Of a stretch of DNA of 56,364 nucleotides, positions 39,013 to 49,200 are shown one piece after another. The notes below the pieces were generated by a model. It saw only the letters and a list, made by a program, of their open reading frames with translations. It did not search any database and was not told the DNA's origin. The stretch spans positions 1 through 56,364 of the forward strand of contig CAYNTH010000004.1 in NCBI GenBank assembly GCA_964400475.1, in the 5' to 3' direction. The position numbers were made by a program, and so were the translations under genes. The DNA is from an uncultured archaeon. GTDB taxonomy: Archaea; Aenigmatarchaeota; Aenigmatarchaeia; CG10238-14; SCSR01. Numbering within the stretch: position 1 is the stretch's first letter; each line of letters begins with the position of its first letter.

Positions 39013-39947
39013 TACATGTCCAAATACTTAAAATTAACAATAGGTGTTTTGTACCTATTCAAATCATCTATACCAATCCTCGGACACGCCAAGTTAACGG
39101 CAGCGTCCACTTCCAGACCCATCAATTTTTCGGGTGTTATCTCGTCCATCGCCAATATGTAGACGTCCTTGCCCGAATCCTCTAACTTTTCTTTTAGTTC
39201 AAAAGGCAATCTAACCTGTCCCCTTTTCCAGCTAACCAAAATAGCCACCTTTTCGGCGTCTTCAAGTTCTGACTTATTCCAGGCTATTATCTTCTGGACT
39301 TTCCTCTTGAAATCGTCCAAACTGAATATTTCTCCTTTCTCCAAATCCATGCACAGCATGGGTTTATCAGTTTCCATCACCAAACCCAACCCATAAAATT
39401 TACCCGCGGATATACACAAAAAGCAATCGACGTCATCTTCTACAGCAATCGCTGCATCCAAGTTACACCCCAATATCTGACCGGGATGTTGAAGTGCGGT
39501 ATGTGTAAATACTTCCTTGCCATTATTCTCCAGGTATGTCCTGACCTTCTCTATCGTATCCACGAACTGTATACTGGTGGCCAATCCTATTTTTTCGTAT
39601 TTATCCAACTTGTGTAATTCCTTTTCCAAAATAGGCACCGGATTGGATGGTATGAAATATTCCCAAAAAACAACAGGCATATCGCTCTCAGCGCCATAAT
39701 CTTCATGTCCTATATGTAGAATTGTATCACATCCCAATCTCTTTGCTTCGAAATCTCGGATGTCACATGCACCGAAACAAGGTTCTGTACAGATAATAAC
39801 CTCAAACCCTGAATTCTCCAATTCTTTCGATATTTTCTGTATGCTTAATTTTATACCCTCTGGATATTGCATAAAAACGCGTTTAGCACCCAGTTCTTCC
39901 AATCGATTTAGGGATACTTTGAAATCCTCTCTCATATCAATCATCAT
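39012..39947 (-). CDS. dph2: Diphthamide biosynthesis protein Dph2
   Basis: QYPEGIK, CFGACD, HIGH, GQILGC, ACPRI. Confidence 0.93.
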   Translation of the reverse strand: MMIDMREDFKVSLNRLEELGAKRVFMQYPEGIKLSIQKISKELENSGFEVIICTEPCFGACDIRDFEAKRLGCDTILHIGHEDYGAESDMPVVFWEYFIPSNPVPILEKELHKLDKYEKIGLATSIQFVDTIEKVRTYLENNGKEVFTHTALQHPGQILGCNLDAAIAVEDDVDCFLCISAGKFYGLGLVMETDKPMLCMDLEKGEIFSLDDFKRKVQKIIAWNKSELEDAEKVAILVSWKRGQVRLPFELKEKLEDSGKDVYILAMDEITPEKLMGLEVDAAVNLACPRIGIDDLNRYKTPIVNFKYLDM

Positions 39948-40001
39948 CTTAAAAACAATATAATTAACCCTATTAAAGTTTAAGAATCCAGCTAAAAGTC
40001 C

Positions 40002-40358
40002 TTAAAATTTCATCAAACTTTCTACCAAGTCCTGGGTCGCTTCCTCGGTATCATCATCAGTTGGTCTTACAATCCCCCTTATGATGTCCTCTATCGCCTT
40101 TCTCTTTTTCTTCTCACCAACTTCTACTATGGATTGGAACGGTTTCTCCAATTTAACCTGTATTTTCTGCATCTTGTCCATCTTCTTTTGCATCTCAACC
40201 AACGCACACCATAGTTGGGCGATTTTGACATCTTCTGATTGTATATATGCGCCCTTGTGTCTCTTGGTTTTGTTCAGGATGTTCGCTAGCATATTCCTCG
40301 CTTCAGGACCCAAAAAGTTCTTCCAGTCTTCTTTGTTCTTGTTCAACATAAGTACCAC
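40002..40358 (-). CDS. Hypothetical helical protein
   Basis: 118-aa ORF with coiled-coil character (IAQLWCALVEMQKK...); no named motif. Confidence 0.6.
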   Translation of the reverse strand: MVLMLNKNKEDWKNFLGPEARNMLANILNKTKRHKGAYIQSEDVKIAQLWCALVEMQKKMDKMQKIQVKLEKPFQSIVEVGEKKKRKAIEDIIRGIVRPTDDDTEEATQDLVESLMKF

Positions 40359-40400
40359 TTCTATGACTAACTATTCAATTATCGGTTAAATTTAAATAAT

Positions 40401-41666
40401 CTAATGGAACCTCTCTTCTTCGATCGTATATGATGATCTATATAAAACAATTCTCCTAACCACAAAACCCACAATCACACCAAACACCAACAGGATAAAT
40501 ATATTATACAAATCCCGAGTGAATAATCCGTGTTGTCCCCCATTTATGACTACAACACTTGAATGTGTATCAACCATCTTACTACCCGCTTTAACAACGA
40601 ATTCGTATTCCCCAGGTACAGCATTACAAGGTATTGATATGTGTGAACTCAAATCCTTTATCTCGCCGTGAGATATCTTGACATCATCGACTTCACCCAT
40701 CCAACCCGATGGCTCACCATATATCTCTATTTCAAAATTACCGGTATCGCCAGTGTTCAATATAGAAAATTCAATTTCGGCATCCTCACATCTATCTACG
40801 TTATATTTCGGTTGGACGAAAATCTTGGGCTCACCCGAACGATCAGCCGAGCTGGACGTACCGGATATACAATTGCCGTCCTCACACCCATATTCACAAT
40901 ATTCTAAAATTTCCCATCTCCACTGCATTTCACCCTCTACGTTCTTTGCGTATTTTCTCTGTTTATAGTCATTGAAGCATCTATATTCATTTCCGTAATA
41001 TTTTCCATCTATGTCAACATCGCTCTGCAACTTGCTGAATACTGTGAACGGTGTTGAATAAGCAACGGTTCCACAATCACCGCTGCCAGAAACACTATAA
41101 TCCCTGGATGGGTCTGTAGTATATTTGACTTTTATACCGTAATTGCCTATCCTGCCCACGAATTTCGAAAAATCAACATACCGAGTCCTGTGGCCACCGA
41201 CGTACACACTCGAATCGGATGAATCCATATCTACGCAGTTAGTGAAACAAGAACCGGATGTGGACGTACACTTGGAATCGAAGTTACATATATATGCGTC
41301 CAAATAATACATCCTGCCCTGATCAGCATTATTTTCTATTTTAACAGTAACCTCGACTTCACTGTCTTCAAACATATCGCTTGGTGTTAGAACGCTCACA
41401 CCAGTCAATTCGGTCGGGCAATCCAAACAAGAGCCATCAGTACACCCGTATTTGCATATACTTACCAATCTCCATTCACGACTGCAATCAGAATTCTCCC
41501 ATAGTCTTTCTCTGTTACTATCGGAGCACCTGTAATAATCGATATAACCTGGACTGCAACAATCATCGCATATGTATTCATCGGCCGATGTTACGTTAAT
41601 GAACATCGACAACCCCACTATCAAAAATAGTGCTACTGATGTATAGTAATTATATCGTTCAAACAT
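40401..41666 (-). CDS. Secreted Cys-rich protein with C-terminal TM anchor
   Basis: Signal peptide, two copies of YRC...W...C.YGC.DG.C, Ig-like beta segments, C-terminal TM. Confidence 0.8.
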   Translation of the reverse strand: MFERYNYYTSVALFLIVGLSMFINVTSADEYICDDCCSPGYIDYYRCSDSNRERLWENSDCSREWRLVSICKYGCTDGSCLDCPTELTGVSVLTPSDMFEDSEVEVTVKIENNADQGRMYYLDAYICNFDSKCTSTSGSCFTNCVDMDSSDSSVYVGGHRTRYVDFSKFVGRIGNYGIKVKYTTDPSRDYSVSGSGDCGTVAYSTPFTVFSKLQSDVDIDGKYYGNEYRCFNDYKQRKYAKNVEGEMQWRWEILEYCEYGCEDGNCISGTSSSADRSGEPKIFVQPKYNVDRCEDAEIEFSILNTGDTGNFEIEIYGEPSGWMGEVDDVKISHGEIKDLSSHISIPCNAVPGEYEFVVKAGSKMVDTHSSVVVINGGQHGLFTRDLYNIFILLVFGVIVGFVVRRIVLYRSSYTIEEERFH

Positions 41667-41724
41667 TATTACCCAAATGTATGATAAATAGCAAAATTTA
41701 AAAAGGGCTCACAAAACAATTATT

Positions 41725-41973
41725 ATGATGTCAAAGATATCGAAAAACATCAAAAAAAAGGGTGACAGACTGTTGAAAACTGGGAATATAAAAAAGGATA
41801 TGGATTCCGCTAATAGATTATATTTCACAGTGGAGGGTGACACAGAATCACATTCTGTTATTTTTGATAAAATGAAGGGGAAATGGTCATGCGACTGCAA
41901 ATATAGTTCCATGCAAAACAGACAATGTAGCCACATATACGCATGCAGACTGAAAATGAAAGAAAAGAACTAA
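41725..41973 (+). CDS. SWIM zinc-finger protein
   Basis: WSCDC...CSHIYA motif. Confidence 0.8.
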   Translation: MMSKISKNIKKKGDRLLKTGNIKKDMDSANRLYFTVEGDTESHSVIFDKMKGKWSCDCKYSSMQNRQCSHIYACRLKMKEKN

Positions 41974-43280
41974 GGAAAAATCCTATTCCTATCACGTGGG
42001 AACATCGTAACTTCTCTTATATTTTTCTTATCAGTTATCTGTAGAGTTAGCCTTTCCAATCCTATAGACCATCCCGAATGCGGGGGTGCCCCAAACCTAA
42101 AGAAATCTATGTAGAATTTGAAATCATTTGGATTCAATCCTTTGTCATTTATCCTCTCTATCAATAATTCTGGTACATGTACTCTTTGAGTTCCAGAACA
42201 TATCTCCATCCCATTATACATCAAATCAAATGCTTTACATACCTTAGGATTGTCCTTATCGGGCATCGCATAGAATGGTTTTATCTCACTCGGCCAGTCC
42301 TTCAGAACAAATGCTATCTCACCGACCAGTTCCGTTAATTTCTTCTCTTGTGGTTTCGTGAAATCATGACCCCACTCTATGTCCTCCCCAGCACCTTTCA
42401 ATAAATCTATACACTCTGTGTAGGTCACCTTTCTCAGGGGCAACTCTGGAATTTCCAGGTCATCTCTGCCAAGCAATTTCAGTTCGTCCTTACATTCCTC
42501 CTTGACTTTTCCGAGTATATACACAAAAACTTCTTCCAATACTTTTATAACATCCTCATCAGTTGAGAACCCCTGTTCAATATCCATCTGTCGTATCTCA
42601 TTCAAATGTGCACTGGTATCGTGTTTTTCAGCCCTGAAAACAGGTAATATCATGAATACTTTCTCCAAAGACACTGCACCCATTTGTTTGTAGAGCTGTG
42701 GGGATTGTGCCAGATACGCCTCTTTATCGAAATACGGTAACTTGAATAGTTCTGTCCCGCCTTCTGACGCTGAACCTATAATAACAGGCGCCTGCATCTC
42801 AATATAACCTCTATCCACGAAAAACTCCCGGAATGATTTTGCAATATGTGTTTGTATCTTGAATATGGCCCTTGCTTCATCAGTTCTCATATGAAGAACC
42901 CTCCAATCCAATTGTGTATCCAATAGGGCTTTTGTTACTTCTCTCGGATCAAGGGGTAACGGAGTCCCGGCCTTGTTCAAAATCTCTATACTATCTGGGA
43001 TTATCTCAAATCCAGATTCCGTATGTTCACTTTCAACGACCTTCCCGTGGATCTTTATGACATCTTCCTGGTGCATATCCTCTATAACATCTATCACTTC
43101 GCTGGGGACCTTTCCTTTTTCAGCCGTTATCTGTCCCTTGCCGGTGAAATCCCGGAGTACGACAAAATTTATACCACCGAGTACACGAGTGTCATGAACC
43201 CAGCCGGCAACCACGATATCCTTACCAACATCTTTTCCGATATCCCCGACATATTTCCTGTTTTCCAACATTCTCATCAC
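41970..43280 (-). CDS. aspS: Aspartyl-tRNA synthetase (archaeal type)
   Basis: AGWVHDTR, TPLPLDP, SEGGTELF, AQSPQLYKQ, FRAEKHDT, GAPPHSG. Confidence 0.95.
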   Translation of the reverse strand: MMRMLENRKYVGDIGKDVGKDIVVAGWVHDTRVLGGINFVVLRDFTGKGQITAEKGKVPSEVIDVIEDMHQEDVIKIHGKVVESEHTESGFEIIPDSIEILNKAGTPLPLDPREVTKALLDTQLDWRVLHMRTDEARAIFKIQTHIAKSFREFFVDRGYIEMQAPVIIGSASEGGTELFKLPYFDKEAYLAQSPQLYKQMGAVSLEKVFMILPVFRAEKHDTSAHLNEIRQMDIEQGFSTDEDVIKVLEEVFVYILGKVKEECKDELKLLGRDDLEIPELPLRKVTYTECIDLLKGAGEDIEWGHDFTKPQEKKLTELVGEIAFVLKDWPSEIKPFYAMPDKDNPKVCKAFDLMYNGMEICSGTQRVHVPELLIERINDKGLNPNDFKFYIDFFRFGAPPHSGWSIGLERLTLQITDKKNIREVTMFPRDRNRIFP

Positions 43281-43308
43281 TTATCATTTCCCTTTCAAAT
43301 TTTTAAAA

Positions 43309-43584
43309 CTATAAATTATACAAGAAAGTCCATATCACTATCCACACAGGCAAGAACGTTACAACACTATTCGATATTAAAACCGATTTCTTGATATTAG
43401 GCATAACTCTGGATAAGATGAAAGTTGTCAAACCGTATATTAAAATCGGTATTGATAGTGAATATAAGAGATCACCAATTATAAAATAACCCGATATCAA
43501 CCCGCTCACAATAGCTATGATGGAATATATCAAAACTATCTTTTGATCATCTTTCATGGATCTAACATTCATACGAATACACAC
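43309..43584 (-). CDS. Three-TM membrane protein, EMC6-like (archaeal)
   Basis: Three hydrophobic helices ending TFLPVWIVIWTFLYNL, resembling the EMC6 C-terminal motif; true start may be ATG 43557. Confidence 0.5.
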   Translation of the reverse strand: MCIRMNVRSMKDDQKIVLIYSIIAIVSGLISGYFIIGDLLYSLSIPILIYGLTTFILSRVMPNIKKSVLISNSVVTFLPVWIVIWTFLYNL

Positions 43585-43800
43585 GCCTCTAAATTTTTCT
43601 ATTTTCTGTGAATAAAATACTTACTTATTTTCGATTTTACGATTAATCGAATGTTAACCCATGTCATTATGCGAAACAATATCATAATGGTCATAGAAGC
43701 AACCATCTGTATGATATCATTCGTATGGCAATATGTTGGAGCCGAATAATCCAACAGTGGCGACCACTATTTTGATTATTACAAAGGCATCTGTCCCTCA

Positions 43801-44520
43801 TTATTTAAGATTCAAAAAATCCTTTACCCTCCTTTGCCAATTTTTCTCCTGCAATATCTGGGTAGTCACCCAGGTTTTTCTCACGTAGGACGGCAGTCTC
43901 TTCCTCTTCTTTATCAACTGGTCAACAAAATCTATGGTCCTCTCGTCGTGCGGATAACCAACACCGAAATCAAAATTCTCCATTTCCTTTATCTTCTCTA
44001 TCGCCCTATCACGTTCGACCTTGGCGATAATGGAAGCTGCACCAACAATCGTATATTTCTCATCAGCCTTGTTCTCCGCAAATATCTTAAATCCATCACT
44101 CTTTAGATACGTCTCAACGAACCTCTGGTATTTCTTCGGATTGACAGTCAAGGCATCTATGTATATCTCGTCCCCACCTATCATGTTTATTATCTGGGCC
44201 ATCGCCTTGGCCTCGACCATGTTTAAATTAACACTGTTCTTCTTGTTGTCGTCTATCTTGCAGGACGATATCGATATAGGCATTATGCTTGATACCCTGC
44301 TCTCTTTCTGCAATATTTCCTTGATATTACCATATAACTCTTCCCTCCGGGCATATGTCAGCATCTTAGAATCCTTCACTCCAATATCTCTCAGCTTCTC
44401 TATAACGCCCTCCTCAGCAGTTATGCCGCAGACCACCATAGGACCGATCAACGCGCCTCTACCGGCTTCATCAATACCGGTTATCAACTTGACTTTCTTA
44501 CTGGGAGAATTCATATCCAA
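43801..44520 (-). CDS. rnhB: Ribonuclease HII
   Basis: GIDEAGRG, VKDSK, YIDA, KADEKY, AASIIAKVERD, GVGYPHD. Confidence 0.95.
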   Translation of the reverse strand: MDMNSPSKKVKLITGIDEAGRGALIGPMVVCGITAEEGVIEKLRDIGVKDSKMLTYARREELYGNIKEILQKESRVSSIMPISISSCKIDDNKKNSVNLNMVEAKAMAQIINMIGGDEIYIDALTVNPKKYQRFVETYLKSDGFKIFAENKADEKYTIVGAASIIAKVERDRAIEKIKEMENFDFGVGYPHDERTIDFVDQLIKKRKRLPSYVRKTWVTTQILQEKNWQRRVKDFLNLK

Positions 44521-44918
44521 TGCCTATAACCTATCTTAAACACAACCACATCCTCGAAAAGATCCCACAGGAGGTGAAGAGACGCTGAAGCGCAGAAAAG
44601 CCCTATGAAAAAATAGTCCTGCAATATGACCAGGGAACTACCACCCAACAACAAAAGCAATATCATTAAGTTGTGGAACCTGTACTTCCTGGGCTTACCG
44701 TATTCCTCTATAGTCCTCAATTCCAGATAACCCATTACACCTTTATCCATCCACAGCGGGATGTGATCCAAATCCATTACAAATGTTCCTGCAATTATCA
44801 ATGCCATTTTAACGTAATCCAACGACAAATCCGGCTGGATGGCAAAATACAATAAGAACATGACGAGCAGATGTACGAACACGTGAATGACTGCGTAATT
44901 GTAACCTATTATCTTCAT
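44511..44918 (-). CDS. Membrane-bound metal-dependent hydrolase (YdjM-like)
   Basis: H..H, DLDH, RFH and HLLWD motifs between TM helices. Confidence 0.65.
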   Translation of the reverse strand: MKIIGYNYAVIHVFVHLLVMFLLYFAIQPDLSLDYVKMALIIAGTFVMDLDHIPLWMDKGVMGYLELRTIEEYGKPRKYRFHNLMILLLLLGGSSLVILQDYFFIGLFCASASLHLLWDLFEDVVVFKIGYRHWI

Positions 44919-44981
44919 CTATAATCACTTATTAAATTCCTATTTCACGACTTATTAAATTTCTCCCACATTTATTAATGT

Positions 44982-45458
44982 ATGATTAGGCTGGATGACT
45001 TGGTATCATCTGTCAGAGGAGGCAGGGAAATAGAAGATATCCTAAGGGGATTAGACTGGAGGGGGTTCGAAAAGATGGTGTCTCGCATCTTCGAAGAGAA
45101 CGGATTCAGAACGACCAGGAATTTCAGGTTCAAGACAGAACACAGATATGAGATTGACATAATAGCATCACGACCCAGGACAGTAGTTTGTGTGGATTGC
45201 AAGGAATGGTCCATGGGTAGGAACAAGAAACACGCTCTCAAAAAAGCGTCTATAAAACAAAAACAGAGGACCGAACAGTTCAAAAAATTCATTTCAGAGA
45301 ATCCGGACACATTGGAGAGTATACACATAGTGGATGAACAGGAATTTTACCCGATCATGGTCACTTTGTACGAAGAATCTATAAAGGATGTGAGTAATGT
45401 GAAAATAGTACCTGTGTGGAAGCTAAATACTTTTCTTAACAGAAGCAATCTCATATAA
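44982..45458 (+). CDS. Mrr-cat / PD-(D/E)xK restriction endonuclease-like protein
   Basis: LDWRGFEKMVSRIFEENGF, EIDIIA, VDCKEW. Confidence 0.8.
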   Translation: MIRLDDLVSSVRGGREIEDILRGLDWRGFEKMVSRIFEENGFRTTRNFRFKTEHRYEIDIIASRPRTVVCVDCKEWSMGRNKKHALKKASIKQKQRTEQFKKFISENPDTLESIHIVDEQEFYPIMVTLYEESIKDVSNVKIVPVWKLNTFLNRSNLI

Positions 45459-45475
45459 AAAGATTTCGAAAAGGA

Positions 45476-45492
45476 TAAAACCAGTATATAAA
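45476..45492 (+). promoter_or_regulatory. Putative BRE/TATA promoter of tbp
   Basis: Purine-rich element followed by TATATAAA (45485-45492), about 40 nt upstream of the tbp ATG. Confidence 0.5.
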
Positions 45493-45530
45493 TACTTTAA
45501 CAATGAATTAACTATAGGTGAATTCTAGAA

Positions 45531-46091
45531 ATGGCCAAAAAAAGTAATAAATTTGATATTAAAGTCGAAAATATCGTAGCATCCGCTGCATTTGGTGTTA
45601 AGATACCATTAGAACAAGTCGTGACACTCAGGGAGGGGATGGAATACGAACCTGAACAGTTCCCTGGATTGGTTTACAGGATGAAGAAACCAAAAGCAGC
45701 TGCGTTGATTTTTGGTTCTGGTAAGATCGTTTGTACAGGGGCCAGAAGCACGCGGGATGTCAACAAGGTATTCAAAAAGGTTATTAAGGTTGTCGAAGAG
45801 TCAGGGGTGGATGTTCCTAAGAAATATAAGAAACAGGTCGAGAACATAGTCGCTTCTGCAAAACTAGACGGCAGATTGAACCTAGAAACTATCGCATTTA
45901 ATTTGATCAATTCGGAATACGAACCTGAACAGTTCCCTGGATTGGTTTACAGGATGAAGGACCCTAAGGTTGCTTTCCTGTTGTTCGGTTCCGGGAAGAT
46001 CGTGATAACAGGTGCTAGAACAAAGGAAGACGTCGAAGTTGCAGTAAAGAAAATATCGAAGAAACTGAAAGAAGTCGGAGCGATGGTATAA
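45531..46091 (+). CDS. tbp: TATA-box binding protein
   Basis: Two repeats of ENIVASA...YEPEQFPGLVYR...FGSGKIV.TGA. Confidence 0.97.
   Translation: MAKKSNKFDIKVENIVASAAFGVKIPLEQVVTLREGMEYEPEQFPGLVYRMKKPKAAALIFGSGKIVCTGARSTRDVNKVFKKVIKVVEESGVDVPKKYKKQVENIVASAKLDGRLNLETIAFNLINSEYEPEQFPGLVYRMKDPKVAFLLFGSGKIVITGARTKEDVEVAVKKISKKLKEVGAMV
45641..45959 (+). repeat. Perfect 46-nt direct repeat inside tbp (45641-45686 and 45914-45959)
   Basis: GGAATACGAACCTGAACAGTTCCCTGGATTGGTTTACAGGATGAAG occurs twice, 273 nt apart. Confidence 0.95.
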
Positions 46092-46259
46092 GCCATACCC
46101 TTTCTTTTTTTCTTTTTATTTTTCAATCAATTCTACGGAAATCTGGTATGGAAAACCGGATTAATATCATTAACATAAATAAAGTACCAAATCAAGTTGG
46201 AAACCACATAAAATTTGATTAATAATAATAATATCAAATTCAAAATCATTTTTGAGATT

Positions 46260-49200
46260 ATGGAAAGAGCCGAACTTATAGAAAAATTTTCAGAATTTTT
46301 GAACGATTTTTACCTTGAGGAGCTGGTAACAGCTGCCACAGAGGAGAAAAAATCGATTTCAGTAGACTTTGCTATACTCGACAAGTTCAATGTGGAGATA
46401 ACCGATTATTTCTTCGAGAACCCGAACGAAGTCATAAGTGCGGCTGAAGAGGCCTTGAAACGAATAGATACGGGACTGACCGAATCGGATTTGAAAATAC
46501 GGTTTTACAATCTACCAGATAGCAAGGAGATCAGGATACGTAAACTCAGATCTGAACATATTGGAAGGATTGTTGTAATAGACGGGATTGTGAAAAGAGC
46601 TAGCGAGATAAGACCCGAACTGTCAGAAGCTGTTTTCAGGTGTCCTGATTGTGATAATAGGATTAATGTAATACAAGAAGACAGGTCCATAACAGCACCA
46701 GAACAATGTGATTGCGGCTGTAAGAGGGGATTCAAACTAATAGACCAGACCATGTACGATACCAGGTGGGTCACCATAGAAGAGCCGTTCGAGATAACAA
46801 CGGGCGAGCAGCCGTCCGAACTCACCATATTCTTGAAGGAAGACATGACTTCGCCGACCATGCAAAACCACACCGATCCTGGAAACAGGATAAAGGTTAT
46901 AGGTATATTGAAATCAGTACCCAGAAGGACCAGGGGAAGTGGGAACAGGCAATTCGAATTGTATTTGGAAGCGAACAACATAGAACCTGTTGAGGTCGGG
47001 TGGGAAGAAATCAACATAACCGCGGAAAACGAAAGAGAACTCATAGAACTTTCGAAAGACCCGTTGATATATGATAAACTCGTCAAGTCGATTGCACCCA
47101 CCATTTATGGGTTAAATGAGATAAAGGAAGCAATTGTACTACAAATGTTCGGCGGGGAATCCCACATATTGAAAGATAAAACAAAGGTCAGGAGCAATAT
47201 ACACATACTGCTCGTCGGTGATCCTTCAACAGCGAAATCAAGAATAATGCAACTAGTGTCGTTAATAATGCCGAGGGGGAAATACGCATCGGGAACAGGT
47301 ATAACCGGGGCCGGGCTATGCACTGTATACGACACATTAGTACAACTTGAAAACGGTACAATCACGAAGATAGGGAAACTTGTTGAGGAGAAATTTGAAA
47401 ACACCAAAAACGTCAATGAAATAGATGATGGTGTTTGTTTTGTGGAACCTGATGAAAATGAGAAGGTATCATCATTTGACCAAGACTCCCTAAAGATGAA
47501 ATCCTCCAGGATTACAAAATATTGGAAAATAAAAGCACCTGAAAATCTGGTTAAAATTGTGACTAGAACTGGAAGAGAGGTCATAGTAACACCGGATAAC
47601 CCAATTCCAGTCATCAAGAACAGTAAAATTATTTGGAAATGTGCAAGCGACGTAACACCTGAAAATTATATTGCAACACCAAGGATACTGAAATCAAAAA
47701 TAAAGGAAATTGAAAACAATATTTCGTCAATACCGAAAAAATCATGGATATTGAACAGCAACATAAACATGGATAAAATAAATGAGAAAATAAAAACACG
47801 AGGTACCATACGAAATTTTTGTAATAGATTGGGATTGAACGAAAATGATATTTATCATAATTGGAAATACCACTCGAAAACCCCACAAGGAACAATAAGA
47901 CGTGGTGCACCAACTATAGGAGAGATTAAGATGATTTGTGATGAATTGGACATGGATATAGAAGATGTAATTCCCAGCGAATTGCTACTTTCACAATATC
48001 GTGGACACGAAATTAAATTGCCTCTCTTCGTAAATAATGACATCCTATACATGATGGGATTATTAGCAGGTGATGGTAGTATCAGTAAAACGGGCATGGG
48101 TGGATTCGATATAAAATTTTTCAACACTGACACAGGATTACTGAACGCTCATAAAAACATATGCCATTCTAAATTAGGAATGTCTCTTTCAGAAAAAGAG
48201 ATTAAAGATGTTCCATATCTCAGATTCCATTCAAAAATATTTGGATACTTAGTAAATAAATTCGGAATTACGCATGGGAAAAAATCACACAATATCTACA
48301 TATCGGAACGACTTTCCAAATTACCAAAAATGATGATATCGCATTACCTGAAAGGTGTTTTTGACACTGATGGTTCTGTAATCAAGAGAAGAACAAAGGG
48401 CTCCAACTATGTCGAACTCACGTCAAGTAGTAAAGAATTCATAACCGGAATACATCTACTCTTGCTCAGATATGGAATAATATCAATGATTAGAAAAAGA
48501 GACCCACACACATCTACAATTAAAGGTCGCGAGGTTAAATCGGACTACATATATGAATTAAAAATCAGTGGAATGAAAAATATATCAAAATTTAGAGATG
48601 AGATAGGATTTAACCACGAAGAAAAAGACAAAAAACTAGATGAAATAATAAAAAATATATCACGTCCGCATACTAACATAGATATCATACCAGAAATCGG
48701 AGGATTGATTAGAAAATCCAGAAAGAGAGCTGGTCTAAGCGCAAAAGAGTTATACGGATATAAAACATACAGCTATGAAAAAGGCAGACGAAGACCCACA
48801 AAGAGATTCCTGTCAAAATTAATAGAGAATATTGGGGAGGAATGTTCATCTGAGCTCAGAAAATTCGCGGAATCAGATATATTCTGGGACAAAGTCGATA
48901 AAGTCGAAACAATAAGAAATGATGACCACGATTACGTTTATGACATAACAGTAGAAGGCGATCATAGCTTTATGGCAAACGGTCTGATTATACACAACAC
49001 TGCAACCGTGACGAAAGATGAACAATTCATGGGCGGATGGGTATTGGAAGCAGGTGCCCTGGTGCTAGCCAATAGATCAATATGCGCTATAGACGAATTT
49101 AGCCATGTGGCACCATCAGATATGGTAAAACTTCAAGAAGCGATGTCTATGGAAACTATATCAATAGCGAAGGCGTCCATAGTGGCAACCCTACCAGCAA

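Noticed and set aside
43585-43800. Possible small ORF or ncRNA between the EMC6-like gene and rnhB
   Set aside because: Only a 32-codon frame without an SD and one 7-bp hairpin, which could simply be a terminator.
44982-45458. Mrr-like nuclease as part of a defence island
   Set aside because: It is a solitary gene among housekeeping genes; the METTL5-like methylase 6 kb away is more likely an RNA methyltransferase.
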